Notes: generated by a model not told the origin, from the letters alone. Shown: positions 48,681-62,639, counted from the whole stretch's first letter. The stretch is 63,680 nt of DNA, filler included, from Lama guanicoe (GCA_013239625.1; 184 parts of 184 records of this genome joined end to end with filler, not necessarily neighbours in it); one strand, 5' to 3'. A program made the numbers and translations.

Positions 48681-50594
48681 GAATGAGAAGCAAGGATGTG
48701 TGTGACGGTCTCCCTGGGCTTGCAGGCTCCCGTTTATTCTGATTCTTTGTTTGAGACGCNNNNNNNNNNNNNNNNNNNNNNNNNNNNNNNNNNNNNNNNN
48801 NNNTTAATTAATTAANNNNNNNNNNNNNNNNNNNNNNNNNNNNNNNNNNNNNNNNNNNNTGTGGTCCCACAGTAGCCATTGGCTGTGGCCTCCAGGGAAA
48901 GGACAGGACGGCACCAGAGGCGAGCCTGTGGGGCTGGGGCCGGGGCCTGTGCTGATCCCACCCCCGCAATGGGGACCACAGGCCCTTCCTCCAAGGGGAT
49001 CGTGGGCAGATTAAAATGACTCATATTTTGTGGGTCAGGAACTGGGGAAGGACCAGCTGGACCGTCTGACCTCCGTGGCCTCATCTGGACCGGAGGGTCC
49101 ACTTCCNNNNNNNNNNNNNNNNNNNNNNNNNNNNNNNNNNNNNNNNNNNNTTAATTAATTAANNNNNNNNNNNNNNNNNNNNNNNNNNNNNNNNNNNNNN
49201 NNNNNNGAAAGTTGTAAATTGACATTGGCAAACATCTTCACCTTCATTTATTTTTGTGAAACTGCATTATTAATGTTCCTTCTAAAAATAAAAGATTAAA
49301 TACATTTTTTTAATGACAAAATGCTATGCCTGGCCTTCTGTTGCCAGAGAAAGTGATTTTATCACTGTTATGAGGCACAAGCTGAGAATGATGAGAGAGG
49401 TTTATTTTGTCAGCCTCATGTACTTTTTTTGGTACCAGTATTATGAGATAATANNNNNNNNNNNNNNNNNNNNNNNNNNNNNNNNNNNNNNNNNNNNTTA
49501 ATTAATTAANNNNNNNNNNNNNNNNNNNNNNNNNNNNNNNNNNNNNNNNNNNNCAGTGACCAACATGCTGGTGGGCGGCGCCTCTGAAGTCCAGGTTGGG
49601 GGCAGCCTTGCACTGCCACCCTTGGCCACCAAGCTAGCAGCCTGAAGTGGCCGCCGGCCAGGTCAGGGGTAAGCGGAAGGGAGCCGGGACTCCCTGGCCT
49701 CCCATTCTCCTCCCGCCAACTAGGTCAGGCCAGCCCTCGGCTGTGCTAGCTCTCTGGGAAGTTCCTGGAGCCTTTCCCCTTGCTTTCCTTGCGGAGACGT
49801 NNNNNNNNNNNNNNNNNNNNNNNNNNNNNNNNNNNNNNNNNNNNTTAATTAATTAANNNNNNNNNNNNNNNNNNNNNNNNNNNNNNNNNNNNNNNNNNNN
49901 ACTATATTCAATATCTTGTGATAACCTATAATGAAAAAGAGTATGAAAAGGAATATTTGTATGTATATGTATGACTGAACCATTATGAATGCCTGATACT
50001 TTGTAACTCACTTCTTTTTTCCCCTGCAGACAAGCACCTCTCCTTCCTAAGTAACTTTCTGTAAGTGTTGAGGGGAGCAGGATGCTGCAGCCAAGGTACT
50101 CAGGTTCTTAATAACAGCCTTTTTTTAAATCTCATAGTGTCCTTCTTNNNNNNNNNNNNNNNNNNNNNNNNNNNNNNNNNNNNNNNNNNNNTTAATTAAT
50201 TAANNNNNNNNNNNNNNNNNNNNNNNNNNNNNNNNNNNNNNNNNNNNTTTTTTTTTTATCTCCAGAATGTGTCACGATGTCTGGCTTATGTGGATTCTTA
50301 AGACATGTTTAAGTGGATGACTTAATTATCACATGCAAACATACTCTAAGCATTAAGTGCTGAGGGTTGTGCTCTTAGTCACACCTCAAAGTGACACTTT
50401 GGTGAACTAAGCTGCTATCCAATAATCTAGGCTATGTCATTAGCATGCTGAAAAATCTAATTTGGCTTTGGTCTCCTTTGCTTATTTTTGGTCCNNNNNN
50501 NNNNNNNNNNNNNNNNNNNNNNNNNNNNNNNNNNNNNNTTAATTAATTAANNNNNNNNNNNNNNNNNNNNNNNNNNNNNNNNNNNNNNNNNNNN

Positions 50595-50841
50595 ACTCAG
50601 TAAAGTGAATGAACTGTCAGCCAGCATTATGCACCATTTGATATGTTTTTGGGGATGAATGACCTCATTCTAAAGCTTACCTTGGAAAAAGAGCAATTAA
50701 AGCTCCATTACCCCTTTTGATCTGAAAATCAGATTAAATCCGATATATTAACTATAAACCAGCCTTCTTACTAACAAGTAAATTCTGTGCCGTGCATTTG
50801 TGCAGAAACATGTATTTCTTTTGGGACCAGAATAATGCTTG
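50595..50841 (-). repeat. Diverged duplicate of 36372-36618
   Basis: Reverse complement match, 12 substitutions. Confidence 0.93.
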
Positions 50842-50941
50842 NNNNNNNNNNNNNNNNNNNNNNNNNNNNNNNNNNNNNNNNNNNNTTAATTAATTAANNN
50901 NNNNNNNNNNNNNNNNNNNNNNNNNNNNNNNNNNNNNNNNN

Positions 50942-51188
50942 GAGTGGGATTGCTGGATCATATGGTAAGTCTAATTTTAGTTTTTTAAAGGGCTCTCTAT
51001 ACTGTTTTCCATAATGGCTGACTCAAACTGCATTCCTACCAACACTGTAGGAGAGTTCCTTTTTCTCCACACCGTCTCCAGCATCATCCTTTTTAATGAT
51101 GGCCATTCTGACTGGTGTGAGGTGATATCTCATGGTAGCTCTGATTTGCATTTCTCTAATAACTAGTGATATTGAGCATCTTTTCATG
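50942..51188 (-). mobile_element. L1 ORF2 C-terminal remnant
   Basis: GAGTGGGATTGCTGGATCATATGGTA...GGCCATTCTGACTGGTGTGAGGTGATATCTCAT.GTAG...TGATTTGCATTTCTCT. Confidence 0.92.
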
Positions 51189-51288
51189 NNNNNNNNNNNN
51201 NNNNNNNNNNNNNNNNNNNNNNNNNNNNNNNNTTAATTAATTAANNNNNNNNNNNNNNNNNNNNNNNNNNNNNNNNNNNNNNNNNNNN

Positions 51289-51535
51289 AGCTGATAAAAG
51301 AATTCAGTAAGGTAGCAGGATACAAGATTAACATACAGAAGTCAGTTGCATTCCCTTATACTAACAATGAAGTATCAGAAAAGGAAAATAAACAATCCCT
51401 CTTAAAATTGCATCCAAAAAAATAAAATATTTAGGCATAAATCTGAATGAGGAAGTGGAAGATTGATGCACAGAGAATGACAAAACACTAAGGAAATTGA
51501 AGATGACTTAAAGAAATGGAAAGATATCTCATGTT
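51289..51535 (+). mobile_element. L1 ORF2 reverse transcriptase C-terminal remnant
   Basis: Translation LIKEFSKVAGYKINIQKSVAF and, later, IKYLGINL. Confidence 0.92.
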
Positions 51536-52789
51536 NNNNNNNNNNNNNNNNNNNNNNNNNNNNNNNNNNNNNNNNNNNNTTAATTAATTAANNNNNNNNN
51601 NNNNNNNNNNNNNNNNNNNNNNNNNNNNNNNNNNNTGGGTTAGCTGGTATCCAGACAAGACACTGAATAGCACTGAACTTCAAATGAGAACCCTATTATC
51701 TTTTCTCTTCTCTTCCAACCTTTCCGATAATGTTAAGGAGAGAATCTCCGTTGGTTCTAGAATGTGTTTAAAAGCCCCCTAGCATTGCCATCTCCCTTCT
51801 AACAAAGATAAAGCATGCTTTAGACTTAAAGCTCTGGCAGGCACAGGATATAAAGAGATTTTAATAATACTGCTTTTTTGTTNNNNNNNNNNNNNNNNNN
51901 NNNNNNNNNNNNNNNNNNNNNNNNNNTTAATTAATTAANNNNNNNNNNNNNNNNNNNNNNNNNNNNNNNNNNNNNNNNNNNNATTTGGGTCTTTCGAATT
52001 TTCTTTTCTTTTTTCCGAGTTTACTGAGATCTAGTGGACAAGTTAAAATTTTACGTACATTTAAGGTGTATAATGTGATGGTCTGATATATATGTACATT
52101 GTGAAGTGATTGACACAGCCAAGCTAATTAACATCCCCGCATACAGTTACCTTTTGTACGTGTGTACTGAGAACAAGTCTCTTGGCAAATTAATGGTTTT
52201 ATTAATTGCAGTCACCATGCTGTGCTTTANNNNNNNNNNNNNNNNNNNNNNNNNNNNNNNNNNNNNNNNNNNNTTAATTAATTAANNNNNNNNNNNNNNN
52301 NNNNNNNNNNNNNNNNNNNNNNNNNNNNNTGAAAATGTGTCACCAGTTGTGAAGAAAGCCTTTGATATTCTGGAGAATAGGCAAATCTGCCAGGGTAAGC
52401 TCTAACAACATCCCACTAATATGATCTTTACCAAGAGAAGAAAAGAGCCCACTTGCAGCATGAGAACTGTGTCTGGACAGCAGTGGTTGTTCTTACAACA
52501 GAAATGTCAAGCTTTTAAGTTTGTTTTCTGAACTCTGATGGCGGCTATGTTGTTGCTTACATTAGCAGTTTGGGGTNNNNNNNNNNNNNNNNNNNNNNNN
52601 NNNNNNNNNNNNNNNNNNNNTTAATTAATTAANNNNNNNNNNNNNNNNNNNNNNNNNNNNNNNNNNNNNNNNNNNNATTCCCTTGTTAAAAGCAGCTTGT
52701 TAAATTAAATGAATGGATACTTTAAACAAAAGCATTTCAGCCAAGTAGATTATCAGAACTGGGAGGCCTGACACAAGTCCAGACTTGTT

Positions 52790-52923
52790 CTGCTCACCAT
52801 ATAACAGGTCAATAAATCAAGAAACAAGCTGTTGAAGCAAGGAGTCACAGAAAGCCAGAAGACCAAGAAAATGTTGGACTCATGTCCTAGAGAACCATCT
52901 TACCCAAGTCAGAATTCAGGTTC
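52790..52923 (-). mobile_element. Probable ERV LTR fragment, related to 16262-16507
   Basis: See the shared motif under 16262-16507. Confidence 0.45.
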
Positions 52924-53774
52924 NNNNNNNNNNNNNNNNNNNNNNNNNNNNNNNNNNNNNNNNNNNNTTAATTAATTAANNNNNNNNNNNNNNNNNNNNN
53001 NNNNNNNNNNNNNNNNNNNNNNNTTGCCTGGAATTCCCTGTCCTTGACATATTTACTTGGTAAGGAGTTAGACACGGATGAGGAAATGGTAACCAGGAAA
53101 ATAACTGGTTCAGCATGGCTAGTAAAGACTCTCTCCTAGTCAAAAGGGTGGGGGTGAAGAAAGCATTCGACCCGATTTCCCCTCTAAGAGCACTTACGGC
53201 AGCCCTGCATGGGGCTCACTCCAGAAGCAGAAACAGATCCAGGGAAGTAACAGGTCTCATTAAAAAAAAANNNNNNNNNNNNNNNNNNNNNNNNNNNNNN
53301 NNNNNNNNNNNNNNTTAATTAATTAANNNNNNNNNNNNNNNNNNNNNNNNNNNNNNNNNNNNNNNNNNNNCTTTGACTGTGCTGGGTCGCCTGCCATTGC
53401 CCTCTTTGATGGCGCTGCCTGAAAGGGAAGTTCTCAAGCATCACCATCACTGGCATCGGTGCGATATAGGAAAGGACAAAACAGGTGGGGCGCGGGGCTA
53501 AGGGTCAAGCATTGCCCTGATTTAAAAACAACATTTGATAGATTCTGTAGCTCAAAAGCAGGCGATTGTGGAAGATCTCATTTCCTTCTTTGCCTTGAAT
53601 TCCCAGTCAACCCTTAGNNNNNNNNNNNNNNNNNNNNNNNNNNNNNNNNNNNNNNNNNNNNTTAATTAATTAANNNNNNNNNNNNNNNNNNNNNNNNNNN
53701 NNNNNNNNNNNNNNNNNTTTTTTTTAATGAAAGGGATTCACTATCAAAAAATTGATGATTTCTGCTCTAGAGGT

Positions 53775-53925
53775 GACACCAGCACCATCATCAGGGAGCT
53801 TATGTGAAGAGCAGAGCAGGGGGCCCACCCTGGTCCACTGAGTGAGCCCCTCTAGGGGTGGGGGCATGGTACTGGTTTTCAACAGGCTCTCCACGTAGTC
53901 CTGGTGCTCACTAGAGAAGCAGTGC
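53775..53925. mobile_element. MER5-like hAT-Charlie remnant
   Basis: CAGCA.CATCA.C.GGGAGCTT...GGGCCCACCC...ACTGA.T.AG...CTCT.GGGGTGGGG...TTTT.AACA.GCTCTCCA...GAGAA.CA.TG. Confidence 0.55.
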
Positions 53926-55540
53926 AGGAAGGAGAGAGAACACTCCTTGACATGTTCTTGCCAGNNNNNNNNNNNNNNNNNNNNNNNNNNNNNNNNNNNN
54001 NNNNNNNNTTAATTAATTAANNNNNNNNNNNNNNNNNNNNNNNNNNNNNNNNNNNNNNNNNNNNCGTGGCAGGACCTAAGATCAGCATATAAAATAGAAA
54101 TCATAATCAATGACGTCAGCGGCACCATAGTGATAACTTTTCATATAAAACTCAACTGAAGCCAAGAAAGGTTTGGGGTAAATACTTGATACAATATAAA
54201 TATTTAAATACTATCAAAGTATCTGTTATAAATTATTAATTAAAAAGAAAAATAGTAACTAGGCAACAAAGAAACCTGGCAGACATCACCTAAGCCAAGC
54301 AGTCCAAATTGNNNNNNNNNNNNNNNNNNNNNNNNNNNNNNNNNNNNNNNNNNNNTTAATTAATTAANNNNNNNNNNNNNNNNNNNNNNNNNNNNNNNNN
54401 NNNNNNNNNNNACAAACATCTGGCTAAAGAAGGTATACAGATAGAAAATAACCATACAAAACTGTATTCAAGATCCTAGGGGAAGACAGGTGCGGCCAAC
54501 TTTGGAAGACAGTGTGGCAGTTTCTTCCAAAGCCAAACAGTCTCAACTTAGAATCCAAAACAAAATCATCTCTTAAATTTAGACAACCTCTTTGAAAAAC
54601 TGTTCAAACAAAAACTAACATCAAGTAATGCACAGGAGGTCTATTCATAATGGCTTAGNNNNNNNNNNNNNNNNNNNNNNNNNNNNNNNNNNNNNNNNNN
54701 NNTTAATTAATTAANNNNNNNNNNNNNNNNNNNNNNNNNNNNNNNNNNNNNNNNNNNNAGGCTACCATTCTCAGTGGCCTTTGTGGCTTTCAACGCGCTG
54801 CCATTTCATCTGTCCACTTTCCCACCAGCTTGGGAGCATCACAGACTCAGAGCACTCAGCGTGCCAGAGACGCTCCTCTATCAGGTCAGAAAATTTCCAG
54901 GCTGTCTTCTGACACTGACAGTACCTGTCACAGTTCACTTCAGACTGTGTCAAAATTGACTTCAGATTCAGCCATGTTTTCCTCTGATTTTCTGGATGTC
55001 GTTGGNNNNNNNNNNNNNNNNNNNNNNNNNNNNNNNNNNNNNNNNNNNNTTAATTAATTAANNNNNNNNNNNNNNNNNNNNNNNNNNNNNNNNNNNNNNN
55101 NNNNNTAAGGTGATTTCAGAAGAAAGGAAATTTAAATGCCGTGATTAAGGGAACTAAGGGCACAAGGAGACTGTTAAGGATATCTCTGTATCAAGGAAGC
55201 CCGAAAGGTGAGTTTGAAGGAATTTGTGCCTCTTCCTTTTATGAGCAACCAGAAATAAACAGCTTCTCTGAAAGGCAAGGCAAATATTTGCCTGTGAAGA
55301 GCGCAATCACTGAACAGAAAGGGAGTCCAGTTTCTGAAGGACCACGTCGAGANNNNNNNNNNNNNNNNNNNNNNNNNNNNNNNNNNNNNNNNNNNNTTAA
55401 TTAATTAANNNNNNNNNNNNNNNNNNNNNNNNNNNNNNNNNNNNNNNNNNNNTGAGAAGTAGGGAGTTTGTAACAAGACTCAATGGAGAGCAAGAGCAAA
55501 ACCTGGCTTGTAGTATAATTTTTGCTGTATCACTACTGTT

Positions 55541-55690
55541 TGCTGTGGGTTGAATTATGTTTCCAAAAAGAAATGTTCAAATTCAAGGCCTAACCCCCAG
55601 TGCTTATAAATGTGACCTTATTTGGAAATAGAGTCTTTGTAGATATAATCAAGTTAAGATGAGATCATACTGAATTAGAGTGGACCTGGA
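55541..55690 (+). mobile_element. MaLR LTR 5' end (MLT1-like)
   Basis: TGCTGTGGGTTGAATTATGT...CCTAACCCCCAGT....AATGTGACCTTATTTGGAAATAG.GTCTTTG.AGAT.TAATCAAGTTAAGATGAG.TCATACTG.ATTAG.GTGG. Confidence 0.85.
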
Positions 55691-58600
55691 AAAAAAAAAN
55701 NNNNNNNNNNNNNNNNNNNNNNNNNNNNNNNNNNNNNNNNNNNTTAATTAATTAANNNNNNNNNNNNNNNNNNNNNNNNNNNNNNNNNNNNNNNNNNNNT
55801 GAGAGACATTCAAAAGCAACAATAAGTTGGACGTACATCCCAGTGTCCTGTATGGAGTGTCTGGGTGGAAGGTAATGCTAATAGAGAGGTGAGGAGAGAA
55901 GCCCTGAACCCTCAGACCACAGTGCTTTCTGAGCTCTCAGAGTGCCCCTCCCCTATGGCAGGTTGCACTCACCATGGGCACAGACTTCCGCAAGGTTTTT
56001 GGAGGCAGTTTTCTTGTCCACTTGGTTGTTGACCACACACATGAGGNNNNNNNNNNNNNNNNNNNNNNNNNNNNNNNNNNNNNNNNNNNNTTAATTAATT
56101 AANNNNNNNNNNNNNNNNNNNNNNNNNNNNNNNNNNNNNNNNNNNNACTTTTCAGCCCAAAGAAAAAGCATAAATCATTTTTCTTCATTTGCAACCGTTC
56201 GAACACAGCAGATTATTTACCCAGATGAGTCTATGCTGGGATATATTTTGCTTGCTGCTCCAAGCTTCTGAATTCCTTGCAAACCCTGCTCAGGGCCTGT
56301 CTGGGGGCTCCCTAAGCTACCTGTTAACCAGGTGGCCCTTGACGCCCTCGTGGGGTCATTGGCGCTAAAATTACACTTCTTCCCTGAGTCTCTNNNNNNN
56401 NNNNNNNNNNNNNNNNNNNNNNNNNNNNNNNNNNNNNTTAATTAATTAANNNNNNNNNNNNNNNNNNNNNNNNNNNNNNNNNNNNNNNNNNNNTGGCTGG
56501 AAGTTCCAGGTTCTTCGTGGAGTAAGAGAGGGAAATGATGGGAGACGAGCCGGGGGCTGGGCCTGTCTTTCCTGGGAGCAGCACCGCAGGCCTCGGGGAG
56601 GTGGGAGCACGGCTGCCTTGGTGGCTGGTGAGACATCAGGGCACTGAGCCTTCTGCCCCGGCCACTGCAGCCCCACTGTGCACAGAGAAGTGGGGACTTG
56701 AATGTCATCTCTGGGCGTCACTGCGGTGTGGCCTTTGGCCNNNNNNNNNNNNNNNNNNNNNNNNNNNNNNNNNNNNNNNNNNNNTTAATTAATTAANNNN
56801 NNNNNNNNNNNNNNNNNNNNNNNNNNNNNNNNNNNNNNNNGTATGCCTGAGCGAGGAGGGCTGTGGGCTTTTGTCTTGTGGTGATGTGCGGGTCTGGGTG
56901 TGAGCGTGTGCCTGTGTGCATGCACCTGAGAATGTCCGTGGCAGCGTCGTGGGTGACTGAGCATGTTTGCACACACGTCCCGGAGGGTGCGTGCATTTGT
57001 GACTGTGATTCCAAAAGTTCTGTTCTCTTGCTCAGCATGTTATCTATTTGAGCGCCTACCCAAGCACCCTGACTTCCTGGAGCTTGTNNNNNNNNNNNNN
57101 NNNNNNNNNNNNNNNNNNNNNNNNNNNNNNNTTAATTAATTAANNNNNNNNNNNNNNNNNNNNNNNNNNNNNNNNNNNNNNNNNNNNGAAAAAATATTCT
57201 GAGAACTGCAAGTAACTCAGTGTGACTGAAATGACACGGGGAACGGGAGAAAGTGGCAGAAGCTGAGTCAGGAGAGCAAGCATGTAGAGCACCTTACAGA
57301 CCACACGAGAGAGCTTTGGACTTTAGGAGATAAGAGACTATTTCAGTTTTAAATCCAGGAAACTCTATTGGTCAGGGTTCAATCCGAAATACGGATGCAG
57401 CACTAGGTGTCAGAGAGTTTATCAGAGGGAGCTGNNNNNNNNNNNNNNNNNNNNNNNNNNNNNNNNNNNNNNNNNNNNTTAATTAATTAANNNNNNNNNN
57501 NNNNNNNNNNNNNNNNNNNNNNNNNNNNNNNNNNTAGAGATGAGATGAGTTCAGAATTAGAGAATCAGTAGCAGACCTCTGATGATTTGCTAAAAGTTGT
57601 GCAGATTTATTACAGTAAGAAATTTAGGGTAATATAAGGAGAAAGGATGAAGCTGACTTCAGTCTCAAGTGTCGCTACCAGCAGGATCCATTAATTTCCA
57701 AGTCACTCCTGTTTCTGGAATCCACCACCCCCTCCCCACCAAAGCCCCTCTGTCCCTGTGCAACACATTATCCTCACGGCTNNNNNNNNNNNNNNNNNNN
57801 NNNNNNNNNNNNNNNNNNNNNNNNNTTAATTAATTAANNNNNNNNNNNNNNNNNNNNNNNNNNNNNNNNNNNNNNNNNNNNTATTGTTATTTTCTAGTTA
57901 TATCAGTGATGTAGTTGTTTTAATCCAATTTCACACTGGGTCTGATAACATCAGTCATATGTCTATAACATGTGTGGACATTTAACTGGTTAAAGTTTAC
58001 CTGGACTTAGGTGGGAGTTAAAATTAACCTGTAGCAAGTTTTTGGACTTTTGGTGCCTTTTTGTTTACTACCTGAATCACATTAGTCACTTTGGAATAAC
58101 TTGTTTAGTACTCCTGATGCTTCCATCANNNNNNNNNNNNNNNNNNNNNNNNNNNNNNNNNNNNNNNNNNNNTTAATTAATTAANNNNNNNNNNNNNNNN
58201 NNNNNNNNNNNNNNNNNNNNNNNNNNNNAGCTCTGCAGCCCAGGCTGCTCACTGAGGCGCAAGGAGAAAAACTTAAATATCTACTTCCATGTTGTGTTTC
58301 ACAGAATCTCAGAACTGAATGTTTTAATATTTAAAGAGGGGCGATTTTTTTAATAAATTATTTTATTTTTTTCCTTTTTCAATATTATTAGGTAGAATTA
58401 TTACAGTTCAACTCCTCATACACATGTTGCATGTAAATACATTTATAGAGTATACTGCATTTTTTAGTTTACATANNNNNNNNNNNNNNNNNNNNNNNNN
58501 NNNNNNNNNNNNNNNNNNNTTAATTAATTAANNNNNNNNNNNNNNNNNNNNNNNNNNNNNNNNNNNNNNNNNNNNCAATAATATGAAGGTATCTGGAATT

Positions 58601-60310
58601 TAGAAATTTACACAACACACTTCTACCTAATCCATGAGTCAAAAAGAAAGTTTCAAGGGCAATTACTTTTACTTAGCTGCCTTTCCTCTCAGCTTGAAGA
58701 GAGTGATGGATCACAGTGATAAGGCACTGAGTGGTAGATACACATCTATACTAGGTGAGTTTTAGCTTCTTTTCTAAGGTTCCCTGTGTACCTTCTAAAG
58801 ATGGATCTTCCACAGGATAGTTNNNNNNNNNNNNNNNNNNNNNNNNNNNNNNNNNNNNNNNNNNNNTTAATTAATTAANNNNNNNNNNNNNNNNNNNNNN
58901 NNNNNNNNNNNNNNNNNNNNNNAAGAAGTCACAAAGCTTTGAAAGCTTTTAAACATGAGGAGACTCAACCTGTCACGGAATTCTTTAAATGCAAATTTCA
59001 GCAAGACGCTTGGCATGACAGGCGGGAAGAGAGTGAGGACGGGGCAGCTCCCTGCACTTTTGGCAGGAGCTTAACGCTGAAGAGCAACAGGCAACAGGCA
59101 TGGACCTGCTGCTGCCCTCCGAGGAGCCCTCCCGGCACAGAGTCACCTGTTTGTGCAAAGATCTAAAAANNNNNNNNNNNNNNNNNNNNNNNNNNNNNNN
59201 NNNNNNNNNNNNNTTAATTAATTAANNNNNNNNNNNNNNNNNNNNNNNNNNNNNNNNNNNNNNNNNNNNTTTTTGTTGGATGCTGCATGGAAATAGAGTT
59301 GGTTACACTTTTTCTAAGGATCTCTAAAAACATTCTTTGAACTATTGTAAAGTGGTTTCTGGGCAAGTGCAATAAAAGCATATAATATAGGAAAGGCTAC
59401 TCTTCCAGTCAAAAAGGAAAAAAAAATGGACACAGTGATTACAGGAGATAATGTTGGTATCTGTTCTATATCACCCCTTTCTCCTTGTAAAAGAAGCCTG
59501 ATTTCGTTACACATCCNNNNNNNNNNNNNNNNNNNNNNNNNNNNNNNNNNNNNNNNNNNNTTAATTAATTAANNNNNNNNNNNNNNNNNNNNNNNNNNNN
59601 NNNNNNNNNNNNNNNNTACAGTTGTGTTCTAGGTGAAGTTAGATTTTAAACTATTGAAAATTCAGTAGAAGTTTTTCATTTTTGAGAAGTCTTGACGACA
59701 TCTGTGTGCTTTCTTTGTAGTTCTGTGTATCAGCGAACGCCAATTAAATGAAGGCGAGTAATTTATTAATTCTCAAGTTATAGTTATGTTTGGTCTTTAC
59801 ACTTTGTAACTGTGTGACATTGGGCAAGTTACTTCACCTCTGAGAGCGTCAGTCTTCCCACCTNNNNNNNNNNNNNNNNNNNNNNNNNNNNNNNNNNNNN
59901 NNNNNNNTTAATTAATTAANNNNNNNNNNNNNNNNNNNNNNNNNNNNNNNNNNNNNNNNNNNNCACCCTCCATGGGGCAGCTTCATTCCGTTGGTCTTGC
60001 AAATTTATAGTCAGTGCTTCCAAGCAGTAAATTCATTAAAACCAGGAAATGGCTTGATTAGTTTAAAGTGACAAACACTTCTAAAAATAAATGTTTGAAC
60101 TACATGGATTCCAAACGTATCACAGTCAGAACTGTTAGAGTGCACTTGTAATGACTGGAAAATTAATGCACAATAAGAACATGTCAAACTGTGTTTTCTT
60201 AACTAGTTTCNNNNNNNNNNNNNNNNNNNNNNNNNNNNNNNNNNNNNNNNNNNNTTAATTAATTAANNNNNNNNNNNNNNNNNNNNNNNNNNNNNNNNNN
60301 NNNNNNNNNN

Positions 60311-60557
60311 TGAAAATTACAGGAACATCATACCGGGAGTAGGAAACAGAATGAGAAACTAGAGTAAGACCTTCTCGTGCAGACCGTTCCATTTGTGATA
60401 GATCAATGAACGTCTCACCACATGTTGAGTTCTGAGAGGAAAGTGTGTGAGAAAGACTTCCTTCACCCAGTTTAAGGGAACACAAAGTTTCTTTTAATTT
60501 TAAACCTACACTACATATATATATATGGGGAAGTACAAGCACCAATTCGGTTTCAGA
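60311..60557 (+). repeat. ~250-bp satellite monomer, copy 5 (more diverged)
   Basis: TAGGAAACAGAATGAGAAA, TGAACGTCTCACCACATG, CCTTCACC, GGGAACACAAAGTTTC and TATATATGGGG in the same order as the other copies. Confidence 0.8.
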
Positions 60558-62045
60558 NNNNNNNNNNNNNNNNNNNNNNNNNNNNNNNNNNNNNNNNNNN
60601 NTTAATTAATTAANNNNNNNNNNNNNNNNNNNNNNNNNNNNNNNNNNNNNNNNNNNNTTTTTTTTTTTTTTCTTCTTAACTTCATAGACTAATCTTTGGT
60701 AGAAATCATGGTAAAAATGTTGATGTTGCTCTCAGAAAAGACCACAGAAGTGAATAGACACGCTTTTTCTTTACCAATTAGCAGAGATTATTTAATATTT
60801 TCAACTAGTTAAAATGTGTAAAAGGGGAACTTATTTGCAGAACTTTCTATTTATACTTTTTATGTATCAGCACATAATAGAACATCACACGCAGACACAG
60901 ACACNNNNNNNNNNNNNNNNNNNNNNNNNNNNNNNNNNNNNNNNNNNNTTAATTAATTAANNNNNNNNNNNNNNNNNNNNNNNNNNNNNNNNNNNNNNNN
61001 NNNNTGTTGCTGTGGGCTTCACTTACTCTTATGTAGGTGTCGGTGCTCAACCATGTCCTCTTAGAGGGCAGATGGCTGCCGAGCCCTGACAATCTGCCAT
61101 CAAGGCAGTTTTCTGGCCACAAGAGCGTTCTCAGAACAAGCACAGGACACACTGAAGGGTGAGTGCTTCCGACTCTGCCTTCAAACGGCTGAGAAGAGTG
61201 GGTACCAGGAATGTAATATACAACATAGTAAATATAATTAGCTCTTCTCTANNNNNNNNNNNNNNNNNNNNNNNNNNNNNNNNNNNNNNNNNNNNTTAAT
61301 TAATTAANNNNNNNNNNNNNNNNNNNNNNNNNNNNNNNNNNNNNNNNNNNNCCATTTCTATATTTTGATATCTGCTTTTCAGTATAATTATCTTCCTTCT
61401 ATATTCTCTAAATCTTATGATTTTAAAACGTTTTTCTGAAAAGGGGTCCATAGGCTCTTTAATTATGATAAATTGATAAAGAGATCCCAGAGACCAAAAC
61501 CACATTTAAATCCTGAGATAAACTGAACTCTGTCATATGCATGGCTAGATTTAGTTTGCAAATTGTCTAGAAATTTTTGCATCAAACAACAAGGTCCTNN
61601 NNNNNNNNNNNNNNNNNNNNNNNNNNNNNNNNNNNNNNNNNNTTAATTAATTAANNNNNNNNNNNNNNNNNNNNNNNNNNNNNNNNNNNNNNNNNNNNAC
61701 TTCATCTGGCTTGACAGTGAGACTTTCGACTCAGTCTTGGGCAACATGCTTATCAATAAACCTCAGTTGCAGCCCTTTCGCCTCAAACCCAGGTTGCTGT
61801 GTTCACTGACCCCTGTATACCATCAGCGTCTTCAGACACATGGCTGCTAGCTCACACGTCTTCAGTGTCACTCTCCACTTTAAAATCCAAGAGTGTCCTC
61901 TCAGTTGCCTTTCTGACGATTTTCAAGGCCCTCAGCTTAGCATTCNNNNNNNNNNNNNNNNNNNNNNNNNNNNNNNNNNNNNNNNNNNNTTAATTAATTA
62001 ANNNNNNNNNNNNNNNNNNNNNNNNNNNNNNNNNNNNNNNNNNNN

Positions 62046-62292
62046 TTTGTTTTTAATTTCATTGATTTCTGCTTTTTCCTTCATTCTCTAAGATGTGGGT
62101 TCGTTTTGCTCGTTCTCTTCTAGTTTCTTAAGCTGGAAACTTAGATTATTGATCTGCGATTTTCTTTCCTAATATAAGCTCTCAATGCTATAAATTCTGC
62201 CCAAGCACTGCTCTAACTGTGCCCACGAATTTCAACATGTTGCAGTTTCATTTTTCTTCCATTGAAAGTATCTTCAAATTTCTCGAGACCTT
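62046..62292 (-). mobile_element. Old L1 ORF2 5' region remnant
   Basis: TTTCATTGATTTCTGCT...TAGTTTCTTAAG.TGGAA.CTTAGATTATTGAT...AATGCTATAAATT...AAGCACTGCT.TA.CTG. Confidence 0.8.
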
Positions 62293-62392
62293 NNNNNNNN
62301 NNNNNNNNNNNNNNNNNNNNNNNNNNNNNNNNNNNNTTAATTAATTAANNNNNNNNNNNNNNNNNNNNNNNNNNNNNNNNNNNNNNNNNNNN

Positions 62393-62639
62393 AGATTCCC
62401 TTTATAATAGCAACAAAAGTAAGTAAGCAAAAAATAAACCTGGCACAAGATTTACGGGTTGCTTTATGGAGCAACCAGTGAAACTTTATTAAAGAAAAAA
62501 AAACAAAAACAGAGAGGGCCCAATCATGGAGAGAGAAGCTACCTGCAGAGATGGTGAGATTTGACATCATAAATATGTCAATTTCCTCCTAATTAATTTC
62601 TAAACTCAATTCAACTCCAATCAAAGTCTCCAAAAGGTT
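62393..62639 (+). mobile_element. Old L1 ORF2 remnant
   Basis: TTTATAATAGCAACAAAA...ATAAACCT..CA...AAACTTTATTAAAGA...ATGTCAATT..CTC..AATTAAT.T.TAAA.TCAAT.CAA.TCCAATCAAA. Confidence 0.7.

Noticed and set aside
41920..48759. Microbial or viral contamination among GC/CpG-rich contigs
   Set aside because: The CpG-rich inserts look like mammalian CpG-island pieces and no prokaryotic or viral ORF was recognised. A taxonomic search would be needed to exclude it fully.
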